Shown one piece after another: positions 1 to 10,612 of a stretch of 64,000 bases of DNA. The position numbers and the translations under genes are program-made. Numbering within the stretch: the first letter of the stretch is position 1; every line of letters begins with the position of its first letter. Source of the DNA: Polyangiales bacterium (GTDB lineage Bacteria; Myxococcota_A; Polyangia; Polyangiales; Ga0077539); assembly GCA_044229975.1 (NCBI GenBank), contig JBGARZ010000007.1, forward strand, positions 96,001 to 160,000. The letters are read 5' to 3'. The notes under the pieces were generated by a model. It ran no database searches. It worked only from the letters and a program-made list of their open reading frames with translations, and was not told the origin of the DNA.

Positions 1-72
1 CGAGCTCGTGCGCGAGAACATGATCATCGGGTGACGTGCACGACGACTGAACGCGGGCTGTCGGCTGACGCC

Positions 73-2283
73 TCACCGCCACCCGGCGCCGCCGTCGAGG
101 AGGCGGGAGCGGAGCGTGCGCGCGCGCCCCGGGTCTTCGTCGTAGAGGTTGCGCTGCTCGCCGGGGTCGGCGGTGAGGTCGTAGAGTTCCCAGGCGCTGC
201 GGGCGGGGTCGAAGACGACCTTCCAAGGCGGAGCGACGAGCGCGATGGCGGTGGGCGGCGCGCCTCCGTACTCTGCCGCGTCGGTGTAGACCTCCTCGCG
301 CCAGCCCGCGGGAGGGTCGGTGCGACCGTCGCGCAACACAGGAGTGAGCGAGCGAGCGGGGGACGGCGCGGTCGACGACTGCCGCGCGAGGTCGAGCACC
401 GTCGGGTGCAGGTCGAGCAGGGCCGTGAGCGCACCGCGATCACCCGGGACGATGCCCGTCCCGCGCACCAGCAGCGGCACGCGGATGGTCTCCTCGTGAA
501 CGTCGTAGAAGTGGTACCGCGCGCCGTGCTCGCCGAAGCCCTCGCCGTGGTCGCTGAACACCGCGACCACCAGCGGCGTGCCGCAGAGCTCGATGCGATC
601 GACCGCTTGCAGGAGCGGCGCGACGAAGGCGTCGACGCGGGCGATCTCCTCGTCGTAGCGGTCGCCCTCGGCGTGGCCGAAGTCCTGCGGCCACGCGTGG
701 TCGCCGTAGGGGGCGTGGGCGTCGATGAGGTGCAGCCACGCGAAGAAGGGGCGGTCGCGCGGGCGCTCGATCCACTCCGTCGCGCGCTGCACGGCGGCGG
801 CCGCGTCGCCCTTGAACTCGGCGTCCTGCCGGACGACGTCGAAGCCCTGGAAGAAGCCCGGCGTGATGGAGAAGTACGACGTGTTGGTAAAGGCCGCCGT
901 CGCATACCCCGTCGCGTGCAGCGACTCGGCGAGCGTGAGGTTTTCGCTCGCGACCGAGGGGAAGCGCGGGTCGTTGCCGACGCCCCACTCGACGTCGCCA
1001 GGGTAGCGCCCGGTGAAGGTCGACGCGAAGGAGCGCACCGAGCCCGGCGCGACGGCGTACGCGCGGGTGAAGCGCGCGGCCCGCTCGGCGAAGCGCGCGA
1101 GGTTGGGGGTCGTCGACCGGGGGTAGCCGTACACGCTCAGGTGGTCGGGTCGCGCCGCGTCGATGGAGACGAACAGCACGCTCGGTCGCCGCGCGGCGGG
1201 CGCCGACGCGCCGAGGCCGCGGGTGGGCGGTCCGGTGCGGGCGGCGCTGCGGGTGGAGGCGTTGGTGGGCGCGTCGCCGCCGGTGCAGCTCTCGTCGACG
1301 CCGTTGCCGGGTGTCTCGGGGGCGCCCGGGTACACGCGCCGGTCGTGGTCGTCGCAGTCGCCGCCGCCGAAGAGCACGCCGTACCCGTCGCCGTCGCGGT
1401 CGACCGTGCGCTGGAGCGGCGCCACGGCGCGCCGCGCGAGGGTGCTGCGGCTGAGCACGGCCGTCATGACCGACTGCCGTCGACCGAGCCCGAGGGCGGG
1501 AACGAGCGCGAGCGCGGCGCAGGCGAGCGCGCCCGCGGCGGCGACGGAGCGAAGAGGTCGGCGAGGGGTCGGGGCGCGGAGGAAGACGATCACGGCGGCG
1601 ACGTCGGCGACGACGAGCGCGACGGCCAGCGCGAGGGGCGTCGGGTCGAGCGCGGCGAGCTCATCGCGGTGGCGCAGCAGCGCGAGCGCGACGACGGGCG
1701 CGGCGAGGGCGGCGGCGACGGACGCGACGGCCCCGACGCTGGCGAGGCACCTCACGCGTCGGAGGAGCAGCTCGATGGGACGCGACGCGATGACGGCGAC
1801 GACGGCCCCGATCGCGAGCGCGGAAGGGGCCGCGAGGGTGAGCGGCGCGACCATCGAGGCGCGAGAGTGGAAGGAGTCGGTGACGCGCGCGGTGACGGCG
1901 ACGAAGACGGCGAGCGCGGCGGCGCAGCCCGAGAGGACGGAGGCGAGCGTGCGCGCGGCGGCCTCGTCGGGCGCCCACCAGCGACGGGGACCGGCGAGCG
2001 CCCAGGCGCCGAGGGCGCGGAGCATCGGGCGGTGCGAGGCAGAGCGGACGAGGAGTTCTTGCGCGGCGGCGGCGGCGAGGCCGAGGGCGGCGAAGACGCC
2101 GGCGCAGTGGGCGACGCAGCCCGCGAGCAGGGCGAGGTCGCGCGACGAGAGGGGCGACCGCGCGTAGGCGACGACGCCGTCGACGACGCCCGCCAGCACG
2201 AAGGTCACGAGTGCTCCGAGGGCGCCTGGTCCGCTCGGAGGGGGCGCCGTGTCGGGGGACGGCGCGGCCTGGTCGGGGGTCAT
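73..2283 (-). CDS. Membrane-anchored sulfatase / alkaline-phosphatase-superfamily protein with one MopE-like Cys/Asp repeat
   Basis: ATG at 2283 (MTPDQAAP). Several hydrophobic helices, then DRDGDGYG..GGDCDDHDRRVYPGAPETPGNGVDESC, then sulfatase motifs SVLFVSIDAARPDHLSVYGYPRSTTPNL, WLHLIDAHAPY, FSDHGEGFGEHG, ELYDLTADPGEQRNL. Confidence 0.85.
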   Translation of the reverse strand: MTPDQAAPSPDTAPPPSGPGALGALVTFVLAGVVDGVVAYARSPLSSRDLALLAGCVAHCAGVFAALGLAAAAAQELLVRSASHRPMLRALGAWALAGPRRWWAPDEAAARTLASVLSGCAAALAVFVAVTARVTDSFHSRASMVAPLTLAAPSALAIGAVVAVIASRPIELLLRRVRCLASVGAVASVAAALAAPVVALALLRHRDELAALDPTPLALAVALVVADVAAVIVFLRAPTPRRPLRSVAAAGALACAALALVPALGLGRRQSVMTAVLSRSTLARRAVAPLQRTVDRDGDGYGVLFGGGDCDDHDRRVYPGAPETPGNGVDESCTGGDAPTNASTRSAARTGPPTRGLGASAPAARRPSVLFVSIDAARPDHLSVYGYPRSTTPNLARFAERAARFTRAYAVAPGSVRSFASTFTGRYPGDVEWGVGNDPRFPSVASENLTLAESLHATGYATAAFTNTSYFSITPGFFQGFDVVRQDAEFKGDAAAAVQRATEWIERPRDRPFFAWLHLIDAHAPYGDHAWPQDFGHAEGDRYDEEIARVDAFVAPLLQAVDRIELCGTPLVVAVFSDHGEGFGEHGARYHFYDVHEETIRVPLLVRGTGIVPGDRGALTALLDLHPTVLDLARQSSTAPSPARSLTPVLRDGRTDPPAGWREEVYTDAAEYGGAPPTAIALVAPPWKVVFDPARSAWELYDLTADPGEQRNLYDEDPGRARTLRSRLLDGGAGWR

Positions 2284-2345
2284 GGAATGGCGTCTCCGCC
2301 CGACCTTCTTTAGTGCCCTGATCCGAAAGCGTCCACCGTGCGGGG

Positions 2346-2804
2346 TCAGTGCGGAGAGCGGTCCGTGGTCAGGGCGACGACGCCGCGCGCCAGGCCGACG
2401 AGCACATGCCACGTGGAGACGAGCGAGAGCGCCGCGAGGCACAGCAGCACCCAGGCCGCCGCGAGGAAGGCGATCGCCGCGACGACCCCGACGAAGATGC
2501 CGAACGGAACCGCGAGGACGTGCGTGACGGGCGTCGACACGCGCGGCGCGGCGAAGGCGGCGCAGCGGACGAGGACGGCGAAGAGCATGCACGCGAAGAC
2601 GCTGACGCCGACCGCGCGGCCGAGGGAGACGATGCGGTGCAGCGGCCACACGCGACCGAGAGCGGCGCGGATGCCGGGCGGTGGAGCGGAGCGGGGAGGG
2701 GGTGGTGGCGCGGGGGCGCGGTAGGGGGCGACGGCGAGGGTCTTCGACGGGCGACGCCAGCGGGCGAGTCGAGCGCGAATGCGGGAGAGCATCGACGGCG
2801 TCAT
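2346..2804 (-). CDS. Hypothetical membrane protein
   Basis: 152 aa; PYR motif, Pro-rich stretch and 2-3 hydrophobic segments; fits between neighbouring genes. Confidence 0.6.
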   Translation of the reverse strand: MTPSMLSRIRARLARWRRPSKTLAVAPYRAPAPPPPPRSAPPPGIRAALGRVWPLHRIVSLGRAVGVSVFACMLFAVLVRCAAFAAPRVSTPVTHVLAVPFGIFVGVVAAIAFLAAAWVLLCLAALSLVSTWHVLVGLARGVVALTTDRSPH

Positions 2805-2882
2805 GGCGGGGAGTGTGAGCGCGAGGGTGGGGCGGAGACAACCGCGGCGGCGTGGGGGGGGCGTCAGCCGACGTCGGGGAGG

Positions 2883-3172
2883 TTAGATCTCGTCGAGGGA
2901 AACGACGCCGCCGAGGTCGGGGAGCGAGAGCGCGCCGTCGAGCACGGTGCTGGCCGACCACGACCCGTCGTCGGCCCGCCGGTGATGCTCGACGCTGCGA
3001 TCGGGCTGATCGATGAGCAACACATGACGGAGCGACGGGATCTGACGGTAGTGCTCCATCTTCGCACCGCGGTCGTAGTCGCGCGTCGAACTGGACAGCA
3101 CCTCGTAGAGCAGCACCGGGTTGAGCAGGCACATCCCGTCGGTGTGGATCTGCCACTTCCCGCATGCGACCC
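2883..3172 (-). pseudogene. Uma2-family (PD-(D/E)xK) endonuclease, C-terminal fragment
   Basis: VACG..LLNPVLLYEVLSSSTRDYDRGAKMEHYRQIPSLRHVLLIDQ is typical Uma2. The N-terminal half is missing: similarity is lost upstream of about 3172. Confidence 0.75.
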
Positions 3173-3216
3173 CGACGGTAGCAGCACCGTCGGTGCAACC
3201 CGAACTCGTCAGCGGT

Positions 3217-3405
3217 CTACAGCGTTCCGTCGAAGCGGGTGAGGGCGAAGGGGTCGGGCGGGTTGTCGAGCGCGAAGCGCACCGCCTGACCGTTGAGCAG
3301 ATACAGCCCCGCCGGCGTGCTCACCACGTCGGTCATGCCGTTGGGAACATCCACGATGGTCGTCGTCGCCGCCGCCCAGTCAGACCCGCTCGGTCGCACG
3401 CGCAC
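3217..3405 (-). pseudogene. Possible orphan gene fragment (beta-rich)
   Basis: 62-aa ORF with protein-like composition (IVDVPNGMTDVVSTPAGLYLLNG); no family recognised. Confidence 0.3.
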
Positions 3406-3469
3406 CAGCGCACCGAGCGGTCGGCGAGCCCGATGCGGACGAGGCTCGACGGGAGGTACACCAAAACGG

Positions 3470-3497
3470 TTGACACCTATGGCTCCTCACCAAAGCT
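3470..3497 (+). promoter_or_regulatory. Possible sigma70-type promoter of the che operon
   Basis: Perfect TTGACA at 3470-3475 in a locally AT-richer patch upstream of cheW; the -10 match (AAAGCT) is weak. Confidence 0.25.
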
Positions 3498-3550
3498 GCG
3501 CGGTGCGCGTTGGTTGACGGCCGCGACGGCGCGGGGGCAGCATCAACCCG

Positions 3551-4030
3551 ATGGGGCCCTCCGTTGGCAGCGTTGCGGTGGGGAGCGCGGCCGTCGACAC
3601 ACCGCTGAACCTCGTGTGCCGCGTGGGATCACAGCGCTACGCCCTCCCCATCGCGCATGTCGTCGAGACGATGCGTCCGCTGCCCGTCACGGGCGTCGCG
3701 GGGGTTCCGCCGACGGTGCTCGGGCTCGCGGTGATTCGCGGCGCGCCGACGCCCGTGGTCGACCTCGCGGGCCTCGTCGGGGTGACCGACGCTGAACCCG
3801 CCGGGCGCTTCGTCCTGCTCAACACCGGGTCGCGACGCGTGGCCCTCGCGGTGACCGAGGTGCTCGGCGTTCATCCCATCGAGCGCGCCGCCTTCGAGGC
3901 GCTGCCGCCGCTGCTGGGCGACGCTCGGGCGCTGCGATCGGTCGCGATCCTCGACGGCGAGCTGCTCGCGGTGATCGACCGCGCGCGCCTCGTCTCGCCG
4001 TCGGCCTGGGCCCTCCTCGGGGTCGGATAA
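3551..4030 (+). CDS. cheW: Chemotaxis protein CheW
   Basis: RYALPIAHVVETMRPLPVTGVAGVPPTVLGLAVIRGAPTPVVDL; first gene of the che cluster. Confidence 0.9.
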   Translation: MGPSVGSVAVGSAAVDTPLNLVCRVGSQRYALPIAHVVETMRPLPVTGVAGVPPTVLGLAVIRGAPTPVVDLAGLVGVTDAEPAGRFVLLNTGSRRVALAVTEVLGVHPIERAAFEALPPLLGDARALRSVAILDGELLAVIDRARLVSPSAWALLGVG

Positions 4031-4034
4031 CCCC

Positions 4035-5513
4035 ATGGGCGCGGCCACGGATCCCGCTGCCGTCGCGGCCTTTCGCGCGAGCATCGCCGACACGCTCGGG
4101 CTGCTCGTCGACGACGCTCGCCTCGGTGACCTCGCCGAGCTCCTCGGGCGGCGCGCGGCGGGTCGCGGGTCGTCCGTTCGGGCCTACCTCGACGGCCTCG
4201 CGTCGGCGGGCGCGGCGCACCCCGAGTGGCGCGACCTCGTGCCCGAGCTGACCGTCGGCGAGACGTACTTCTTCCGCCACTGGGAGCAGCTCCGCGCCTT
4301 CGTCGAGGTCGCTCTCCCGGCGCGCCGAGGGGAGCGGACGCTGCGGGTCCTCTCGGCGGGCTGCGCGTCGGGCGAGGAGCCGTACACGCTCGCGATGCTC
4401 CTGCGCGGCGAAGGGATCGACCCGTCCAGCGTCGCGGTGCGCGCCTTCGACCTCAACCCCGCGTCGCTCCAGCGGGCGGCCCGCGGGCGGTACTCCCGCT
4501 GGTCGCTGCGCGAGACGCCCGACGAGCTGCGACGGCGATGGTTCGCGGAGGAGGGGAAGGAGCTCGTGCTCGACGCCTCCATCCGCGCGATGGTCGCCTT
4601 CGAGGAGCGCAACCTCGCCCACGACGACCCCGCCGCGTGGGCGCCGGGCTCGTACGACGTGGTGTTCTGTCGCAACGTGCTGATGTACTTCGCGCCCGAG
4701 CAGGCGCGGGCCGTCGTCGCGCGCATCGCGAGCGCCCTCGCGCCGGGCGGGTACTTCTTCCTCGGCCACGCCGAGACCCTCCGCGGCGTGTCCGACGACT
4801 TCGTCCTTCACAACACCCACGGGACCTTCTTCTACCAACGCAAGGGAGGCGCCCCCGCGTCGCGCCGCTCCGACGTGTCCGCGCCGTCTCCCGTCGTCGG
4901 AGCGCTGCCCCCGCTCGACCTCGACGCGTGGTGGGTCGACGCCATCCGCGGCTCCAGCGACCGCATCCGCGACCTCGCCGACCCCGCGCCTTCCGCGGAG
5001 GTCATCGCGCGCCCCGCCCCGCCCGTCGACCTTGGGCCCGCGCTCGCCCTGCTGGAGCGCGAACGCTTCGCCGAGGCCCTCGACGCCCTGCGCGATCTGC
5101 CCGATGACGACGAGGTGGTGCTCGTGCGCGCGGCGCTGCTCGTCCACGGCGGGCGCTCGGCGGAGGCCCAGTCTCTCGCCGAGACCCTCGTCGCGCGCGA
5201 CGCTCGTCACGCCGGTGCGCGGTACATCCTGGCGCTGTGTCGCGAGGGGGCGGGTGACCCGGCGGGCGCCGCGGCCCACGACCGCGCGGCGGCGAGGCTC
5301 GACCCGACCTTCGCGATGCCGCGGCTGCACCTCGGGCTCATGGCGCGGCGGGCGGGTGAGCGTCGCGACGCGGCGCGCGAGCTCGGTGAGGCCCTGCGGT
5401 TGCTGCTCGTGGAGAACCCGCGACGGCTGCTGCTCTTCGGCGGCGGCTTCGGGCGCGACGGACTCGTCGCTCTGTGTCGCACCGAGATCGCGCGCCTCGG
5501 AGGTTCGCCGTGA
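4035..5513 (+). CDS. cheR: CheR methyltransferase with C-terminal TPR
   Basis: LTVGETYFFRH, SAGCASGEEPYTLAM, YDVVFCRNVLMYF, GYFFLGHAE; TPR-like C-terminus (LDPTFAMPRLHLG). Confidence 0.95.
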   Translation: MGAATDPAAVAAFRASIADTLGLLVDDARLGDLAELLGRRAAGRGSSVRAYLDGLASAGAAHPEWRDLVPELTVGETYFFRHWEQLRAFVEVALPARRGERTLRVLSAGCASGEEPYTLAMLLRGEGIDPSSVAVRAFDLNPASLQRAARGRYSRWSLRETPDELRRRWFAEEGKELVLDASIRAMVAFEERNLAHDDPAAWAPGSYDVVFCRNVLMYFAPEQARAVVARIASALAPGGYFFLGHAETLRGVSDDFVLHNTHGTFFYQRKGGAPASRRSDVSAPSPVVGALPPLDLDAWWVDAIRGSSDRIRDLADPAPSAEVIARPAPPVDLGPALALLERERFAEALDALRDLPDDDEVVLVRAALLVHGGRSAEAQSLAETLVARDARHAGARYILALCREGAGDPAGAAAHDRAAARLDPTFAMPRLHLGLMARRAGERRDAARELGEALRLLLVENPRRLLLFGGGFGRDGLVALCRTEIARLGGSP

Positions 5514-6031
5514 GCGACGGCGACCGCGCGGCGCGCCTGCGGGCGGACTTCGACCGCTCGTTTGCGGAGGCGCCAACCGTGCGGGGCGAGGCAGCCGTCG
5601 GGCTGCTCGCGGTGCGCGTCGGGGATGATCCGTACGCGCTCCGACTGGTCGACGTGGTGGCGCTGCACCGCGATGTGCGGGTGTCGCCCTTCGTCGCCGG
5701 GGTGACGGGCGCGCTGCTGGGCGTCGCGGTGTTTCGCGGCGTGGCGGTTCCTGTATACGACCTCGGCGCGCTGTTTGGCGTGGCCGCGCGACCCGAACCG
5801 CGGTGGGCGGTGGTGGTGCGGGCTCCGTCGCTGGTGGCGCTGGCGTTCGATCGCTTCGAGGCCCACGCGGTGGTGGACGCAGGCGCGGTGGTGGCGGCGT
5901 CGGGCGCGCGGCCGGGGGCGCTGGTGCGCGGGGCGGTGGTGATCGCCGGAGCGTCGCGGCCGTTGGTGGATGTAGCGTCGATGGTGGCTGCGATCGGTCG
6001 GCTCGTGGGGCCGACCGGGGAGGGTGCGTGA
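5510..6031 (+). CDS. cheW: Second CheW-like protein
   Basis: GTG overlaps the cheR stop; [36 protein letters not shown]. Confidence 0.85.
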   Translation: MSDGDRAARLRADFDRSFAEAPTVRGEAAVGLLAVRVGDDPYALRLVDVVALHRDVRVSPFVAGVTGALLGVAVFRGVAVPVYDLGALFGVAARPEPRWAVVVRAPSLVALAFDRFEAHAVVDAGAVVAASGARPGALVRGAVVIAGASRPLVDVASMVAAIGRLVGPTGEGA

Positions 6032-7503
6032 TGTTCAACGGGTGGACGTTTGGTCGAAGGCTCGCGGCGGGATTCGCGTTTGCGCTGGCGGTGCTGCTGG
6101 TGACCTCGACGCTCGGGTTTCGGAGCACCTCCCGGCTCATCGAGAACGAACACTGGGTCGCCCACACCCACCAGGTGCGGCGCCACCTCTCGGACCTCGA
6201 CTCCTACCTGAAGGACGCCGAGACCTCGCAGCGCGGCTACATCATCACGGGCAACGTGGCGTTTCTGGCCACCCACCAGAGCGCGGTGCCGTTGATCGGC
6301 CGGGTGCAGCGCGAGCTCCGGCGCATGACGGCGGACAATGGCGCCCAGCAGCGGCGCCTCGACGCCATGGGCGAGCAGATCGCCGCCCGCCTGTCCCTGC
6401 TCGATCAGGGCATCGCGGTCCGGCGCTCTGGCAACCTCGACAGCGCGGCGCGCTTCATCTCGACGGGCGACGGCCGCGAGGCGATGGCGCGCACGCTGGC
6501 GCTCCTCCACGAGATGGACGAATCGGAGCTCAACCTGCTGGAGCGTCGCAACCGCGAGGCGGAGCAGAGCGCCAACACCGCCAAGGCCGTCATCCTCTGG
6601 GCGAGCGTGGCCGGATCGCTGCTGATGGTGCTGGTCGGGGCGCTCATCGCGCGCGCGCTGTCGTCGCAGCTCGGGGGCGCCGCGCAGCAGATGCAGAGCG
6701 CGTCGGCGGAGCTGCAGGCCGCGGCGACGCAGCAGGCGGCCGGGGCGCGCGAGCAGGCGACGGCGATGACCGAGATCACCACGACCATCAGCGAGCTGAT
6801 GGCGACGTCGCGGCAGATCGCCGAGAGCGCCCAGCGGGTGGCGCTCATCGCCGAGCAGACGGCCGGGGCGGCGCGCGCGGGCGACAAGACCGTCGAGCGG
6901 GGCCACGAGGCCGTCACCGGGATGCGCCGGCAGGTGGAGGCGATCGTCCATCACATGCTGGAGCTGGGGCGCAAATCGCAGCAGATCGGGTCGGTGCTGG
7001 ACATCGTGGGCGAGCTCGCCGAGCAGACCAACATCCTCGCGATCAACGCCACCATCGAGGCGGCGGGCGCGGGCGAGGCGGGCAAGCGCTTCGCGGTGGT
7101 GGCCGACGAGATCCGCAAGCTGGCCGACCGCGTGGCGGGCTCGACCAAGGACATCCGCGGGCTCATCGACGACATGCGCGGCGCGGTGAACACCACCGTG
7201 ATGACCACCGAGGCGGGCTCCAAGACCGTCGAGGCGGGGGCGCGGCAGTTCTTCGAGGTGGCGACGGCCTTCAAGCAGATCGGCGCGCAGGTGGCGACCA
7301 CGCGCGAGGCCGCGCGGGAGATCGAGCTGTCGACCAAGCAGCAGGCGAGCGCCGTCGAGCAGGTGAGCGTCGCGGCCACCAACGTGGCGCAGGCGTCGCG
7401 CGAGAGCGAGGCGAGCACCACGCAGACCGCGCAGACGGCGGCGCAGCTCGCGGGCCTGTCGCGCGACCTGTTGAGCATCGTCCAGCCGCAAGCGTCGGCG
7501 TGA
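6031..7503 (+). CDS. Methyl-accepting chemotaxis protein with CHASE3 sensor
   Basis: TM1, CHASE3 ([21 protein letters not shown]), TM2, signalling hairpin [37 protein letters not shown]. Confidence 0.95.
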   Translation: MFNGWTFGRRLAAGFAFALAVLLVTSTLGFRSTSRLIENEHWVAHTHQVRRHLSDLDSYLKDAETSQRGYIITGNVAFLATHQSAVPLIGRVQRELRRMTADNGAQQRRLDAMGEQIAARLSLLDQGIAVRRSGNLDSAARFISTGDGREAMARTLALLHEMDESELNLLERRNREAEQSANTAKAVILWASVAGSLLMVLVGALIARALSSQLGGAAQQMQSASAELQAAATQQAAGAREQATAMTEITTTISELMATSRQIAESAQRVALIAEQTAGAARAGDKTVERGHEAVTGMRRQVEAIVHHMLELGRKSQQIGSVLDIVGELAEQTNILAINATIEAAGAGEAGKRFAVVADEIRKLADRVAGSTKDIRGLIDDMRGAVNTTVMTTEAGSKTVEAGARQFFEVATAFKQIGAQVATTREAAREIELSTKQQASAVEQVSVAATNVAQASRESEASTTQTAQTAAQLAGLSRDLLSIVQPQASA

Positions 7504-7506
7504 GGG

Positions 7507-9543
7507 ATGGCCCGCGACCCGTACAAGTACTTCCGCGTCGAAGCGCGAGACCTCGTCGACCAGCTCGGCGCGGGGGTGCTCGACCTGGAGAAGGGCGTCG
7601 ACCCGACCCCGGTGGTGGCCCGGCTGCTGCGCGTCGCGCACACGCTCAAAGGGGCCTCGCGGGTGGTGAAGCTCCCCGCGGTGGCCGACCTCGCGCACAC
7701 CATCGAGGACGCGCTCGAACCCCTGCGCGACACCACGCTGCCCGTCGCCCGCGAGCGCGTCGATGCGCTGCTGGCGCTGGTGGATGCGGTCACCGCGGCG
7801 CTGCCGCCGAGCGCGGAGGCGCCCGCTCCGAGCGCGGTCGAAGCGGCGCCCGCGGCGGTGGTGGCGGCGGACGATCCGTTGCCCGCGCTCCAGGCCGACC
7901 GGGGTGAGCTCGACGCGCTGCTGGTGGGGCTCTCGGAGGTGCACGCGCAGGTGGCGCAGGTGTACGAGGCGATGGAGCCCATCGGTCGGCTGCGCGCGGC
8001 GGTGCGGCACCTCGGAGAGCAGGTCGCGGCCGAGCGTTCGTTGTCGCCGACGGTGGGCGCGGCGGTGGACGAGCTGCGGGTGTCGCTCGCGTCGTTGGAG
8101 CGCGACCTGACCGCGCAGGTCGATCGGGTGGGCAGGGAGCTCGGGCAGTCGCGCGAGGCGGCCGAGCGGCTGCGGTTGTTGCCGGCCGAGCGGATGTTCG
8201 TGTCGCTGGAGCGCACCGCGCGGGACGCCGCCGCGGGCGTCGGACGGCGCGTGACCTTCGTCGGAACGGGCGGCGCCGTGGGCCTGGAGGGTGACGTGCT
8301 GGCCGCCGTCGGCGCGGCACTGGTGCAGGCCGTACGCAACGCTGTGGCCCATGGCATCGAGGCGCCCGCCGCGCGCGTCGCGGCGGGGAAGAACCCCGTC
8401 GGCCGCGTCACCGTCGCGGTCTCGCGGCGCGGGAGCCGGGTGTGCTTCGCGTGCAGCGATGATGGGGCGGGGGTCGACGTGGAGGCCGTTCGCGCGACGG
8501 CCGTGCGGCGCGGGTTGACTGCGGCCGAGGCGCGCGCGCTGTCGACGGACGATGTGCTGCGGCTGTTGTGGAAGGGCGGCCTGACGACGGCGGCGTCGGT
8601 GACGGCGCTCGCGGGCCGCGGGGTCGGGCTCGACCTGGTGCGCGCGGCGGCCGAGCGCCTCGGCGGCGAGGTGGCGCTCCGCACGACGGCAGGTCGCGGA
8701 ACCACCGTGGAGATGGTCGTCCCGGTGTTGGCCTCGTCGCTGGAGGCGCTGGTGGTGGAGGCCGCGGGGCAGGCGGTGGCGGTTCCGTTGACGGCGACGC
8801 GGAGCACGGCGCGGGTCACCGAGGCGGAGGTGCGCGTCGGCCCCGATGGGGCTTCGGTGACGGTCGGAGGGGCGTCGCTGCCCTTCGTGATGCTGCGTCG
8901 GCTGCTGCGTTCGTCGTCGGGCGGTGGCGGTCGGACGTGGCCCGTCGTGGCGGTGGTGGTGGAGTGCGGGGGGGCGCTGCTGGCGCTCGGGGTCGAGCGG
9001 CTCGTCGGGGTCGACCGGGTGGTGCTGCGCCCGTTGCCCGCGCTCACGCCGGCGCACCCCGCGGTGATGGGCCTGTGGGTCGACGCGACGGGCGCGGCGC
9101 GGGTGGCCCTCGACCCGGCGGGCTTGTTGTCCGCCGCGGGCGGGCTCGCGGCCGAGACGGGCGGAGCGCGGGCGTCGCGTCCGCTGGTGCTGGTGATCGA
9201 CGACTCGCTCACCACGCGAATGTTGGAGCAGAGCATTCTGGAATCGGCGGGCTACGAGGTCGACCTCGCGGTGTCGGGCGAGGAGGGCATCGTGAAGGCG
9301 AGGGAGCGGCGCTACGGGCTCTTCCTCGTCGACGTGGAGATGCCCGGGATGGACGGATTCGCCTTCATCGAGCGGACGCGCGCGGACGCGGCGCTGCGGG
9401 ACGTCCCGGCGATCCTGGTGACGTCACGGGCGTCGCCCGAAGACCGGGCGCGCGGCGTCGCGGTCGGGGCGGTGGGGCACATCGAGAAGGCGGCGTTTGA
9501 TCAGTCGGAGTTCATCGCTCGCATCCGCGGGCTCATCGGGTAG
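7507..9543 (+). CDS. cheA: CheA-REC hybrid histidine kinase
   Basis: Hpt (RVAHTLKGASR), HATPase (RNAVAHGIE, DDGAGVD, GRGVGLDLV), CheW-like domain, C-terminal REC (IDDSLTTR, DVEMPGMDG). Confidence 0.95.
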   Translation: MARDPYKYFRVEARDLVDQLGAGVLDLEKGVDPTPVVARLLRVAHTLKGASRVVKLPAVADLAHTIEDALEPLRDTTLPVARERVDALLALVDAVTAALPPSAEAPAPSAVEAAPAAVVAADDPLPALQADRGELDALLVGLSEVHAQVAQVYEAMEPIGRLRAAVRHLGEQVAAERSLSPTVGAAVDELRVSLASLERDLTAQVDRVGRELGQSREAAERLRLLPAERMFVSLERTARDAAAGVGRRVTFVGTGGAVGLEGDVLAAVGAALVQAVRNAVAHGIEAPAARVAAGKNPVGRVTVAVSRRGSRVCFACSDDGAGVDVEAVRATAVRRGLTAAEARALSTDDVLRLLWKGGLTTAASVTALAGRGVGLDLVRAAAERLGGEVALRTTAGRGTTVEMVVPVLASSLEALVVEAAGQAVAVPLTATRSTARVTEAEVRVGPDGASVTVGGASLPFVMLRRLLRSSSGGGGRTWPVVAVVVECGGALLALGVERLVGVDRVVLRPLPALTPAHPAVMGLWVDATGAARVALDPAGLLSAAGGLAAETGGARASRPLVLVIDDSLTTRMLEQSILESAGYEVDLAVSGEEGIVKARERRYGLFLVDVEMPGMDGFAFIERTRADAALRDVPAILVTSRASPEDRARGVAVGAVGHIEKAAFDQSEFIARIRGLIG

Positions 9544-9553
9544 AGGATCCATC

Positions 9554-10612
9554 GTGCCCAAGCTGCGCGTGCTCGTGGTCGAAGATTCGCTCACCGTCCG
9601 TCGACGGCTCTGCGAGGTGCTGTCGTCCGACCCGGACATCGAGGTGGTGGGGGAGGCCGGGGACGGTCAGCGAGGCATCGAGCTCTGCCAGGCGCTGCGC
9701 CCCGATGTGATGACCCTCGACATGCTCCTGCCGCACGTCACCGGCGTCGAGGCGACCGAGCACATCATGGCGAACTTCCCGACGCCCATCCTCATCGTGT
9801 CGTCGTCGACCAACCGCGGTGATCTCTTCAAGACCTACGACGCCCTCTCCGCGGGGGCCGTCGACGTGCTCGACAAGCCCAGCGGCCGCGAACCCGATGG
9901 CGAGTGGGAGGCGCGGTTTCTGTCGACGGTGAAGCTGGTGGCGCGCATCAAGGTCATCACGCACCCGCGTGCCCGGCTGCGAGCCCAGACGCGACCCGTC
10001 GTCGTGGCGCCGCCGCGTTCGACGGGGGAGGTGGCCGTCGTGGCGCTCGGCGCATCGACGGGGGGACCCGGCGCGCTCGCCGACGTGCTGCGGGCGATAC
10101 CGTCGCCGTGCCCGTGCCCGATCCTCTTCGTGCTGCACCTGAGCGACCCCTTCGGCGCGGCCTTCGCCGAGTGGCTGGAGCGGCAGACGGGTCACCGCGT
10201 GGCGCAGGCGCAGGGCGGCGAGCGGGTGTCGTCGCTCGCGGGGCGGGTGACCATGGCGCCGTCGGGCAGGCACCTCGCGGTCGAGCGCGGCGTGCTGCGG
10301 CTCACGTCCGACCCGGAGCGCCACGCGTGCCGCCCGTCGGTGGACACGCTCTTCGAGTCGCTGGCGCGGGAGTACGGCGCCGCGACGGTGGCGTGCCTGC
10401 TCACGGGCATGGGGCGCGACGGCGCGGCGGGCCTCTGGGCGATGCGCGCCGCGGGCGGGACGACCATCGCGCAGGACGAGGCGACGTCGGTGGTCTACGG
10501 GATGCCGCGCGAGGCCGCGTTGTTGGGGGCGGCGGGGCGGGTGCTGCCGCTCGGGGACATCGGGCCCGCGGTCGCGTCGTTGGTGCGCGCGCGCGCCGGG
10601 GAGGTCGCATGA
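9554..10612 (+). CDS. cheB: CheB methylesterase response regulator
   Basis: REC domain (VVEDSLTVR) plus esterase motifs GASTGG, RPSVDTLF, LTGMGRDGA. Confidence 0.95.
   Translation: MPKLRVLVVEDSLTVRRRLCEVLSSDPDIEVVGEAGDGQRGIELCQALRPDVMTLDMLLPHVTGVEATEHIMANFPTPILIVSSSTNRGDLFKTYDALSAGAVDVLDKPSGREPDGEWEARFLSTVKLVARIKVITHPRARLRAQTRPVVVAPPRSTGEVAVVALGASTGGPGALADVLRAIPSPCPCPILFVLHLSDPFGAAFAEWLERQTGHRVAQAQGGERVSSLAGRVTMAPSGRHLAVERGVLRLTSDPERHACRPSVDTLFESLAREYGAATVACLLTGMGRDGAAGLWAMRAAGGTTIAQDEATSVVYGMPREAALLGAAGRVLPLGDIGPAVASLVRARAGEVA

Noticed and set aside
31..2313. Long antisense and alternate-frame ORFs throughout the window (e.g. 31-2313 +, 5338-9057 -, 17347-20820 -, 60252-62858 -)
   Set aside because: Arg/Ala/Gly-rich shadow ORFs expected at this GC content; they overlap well-supported genes.
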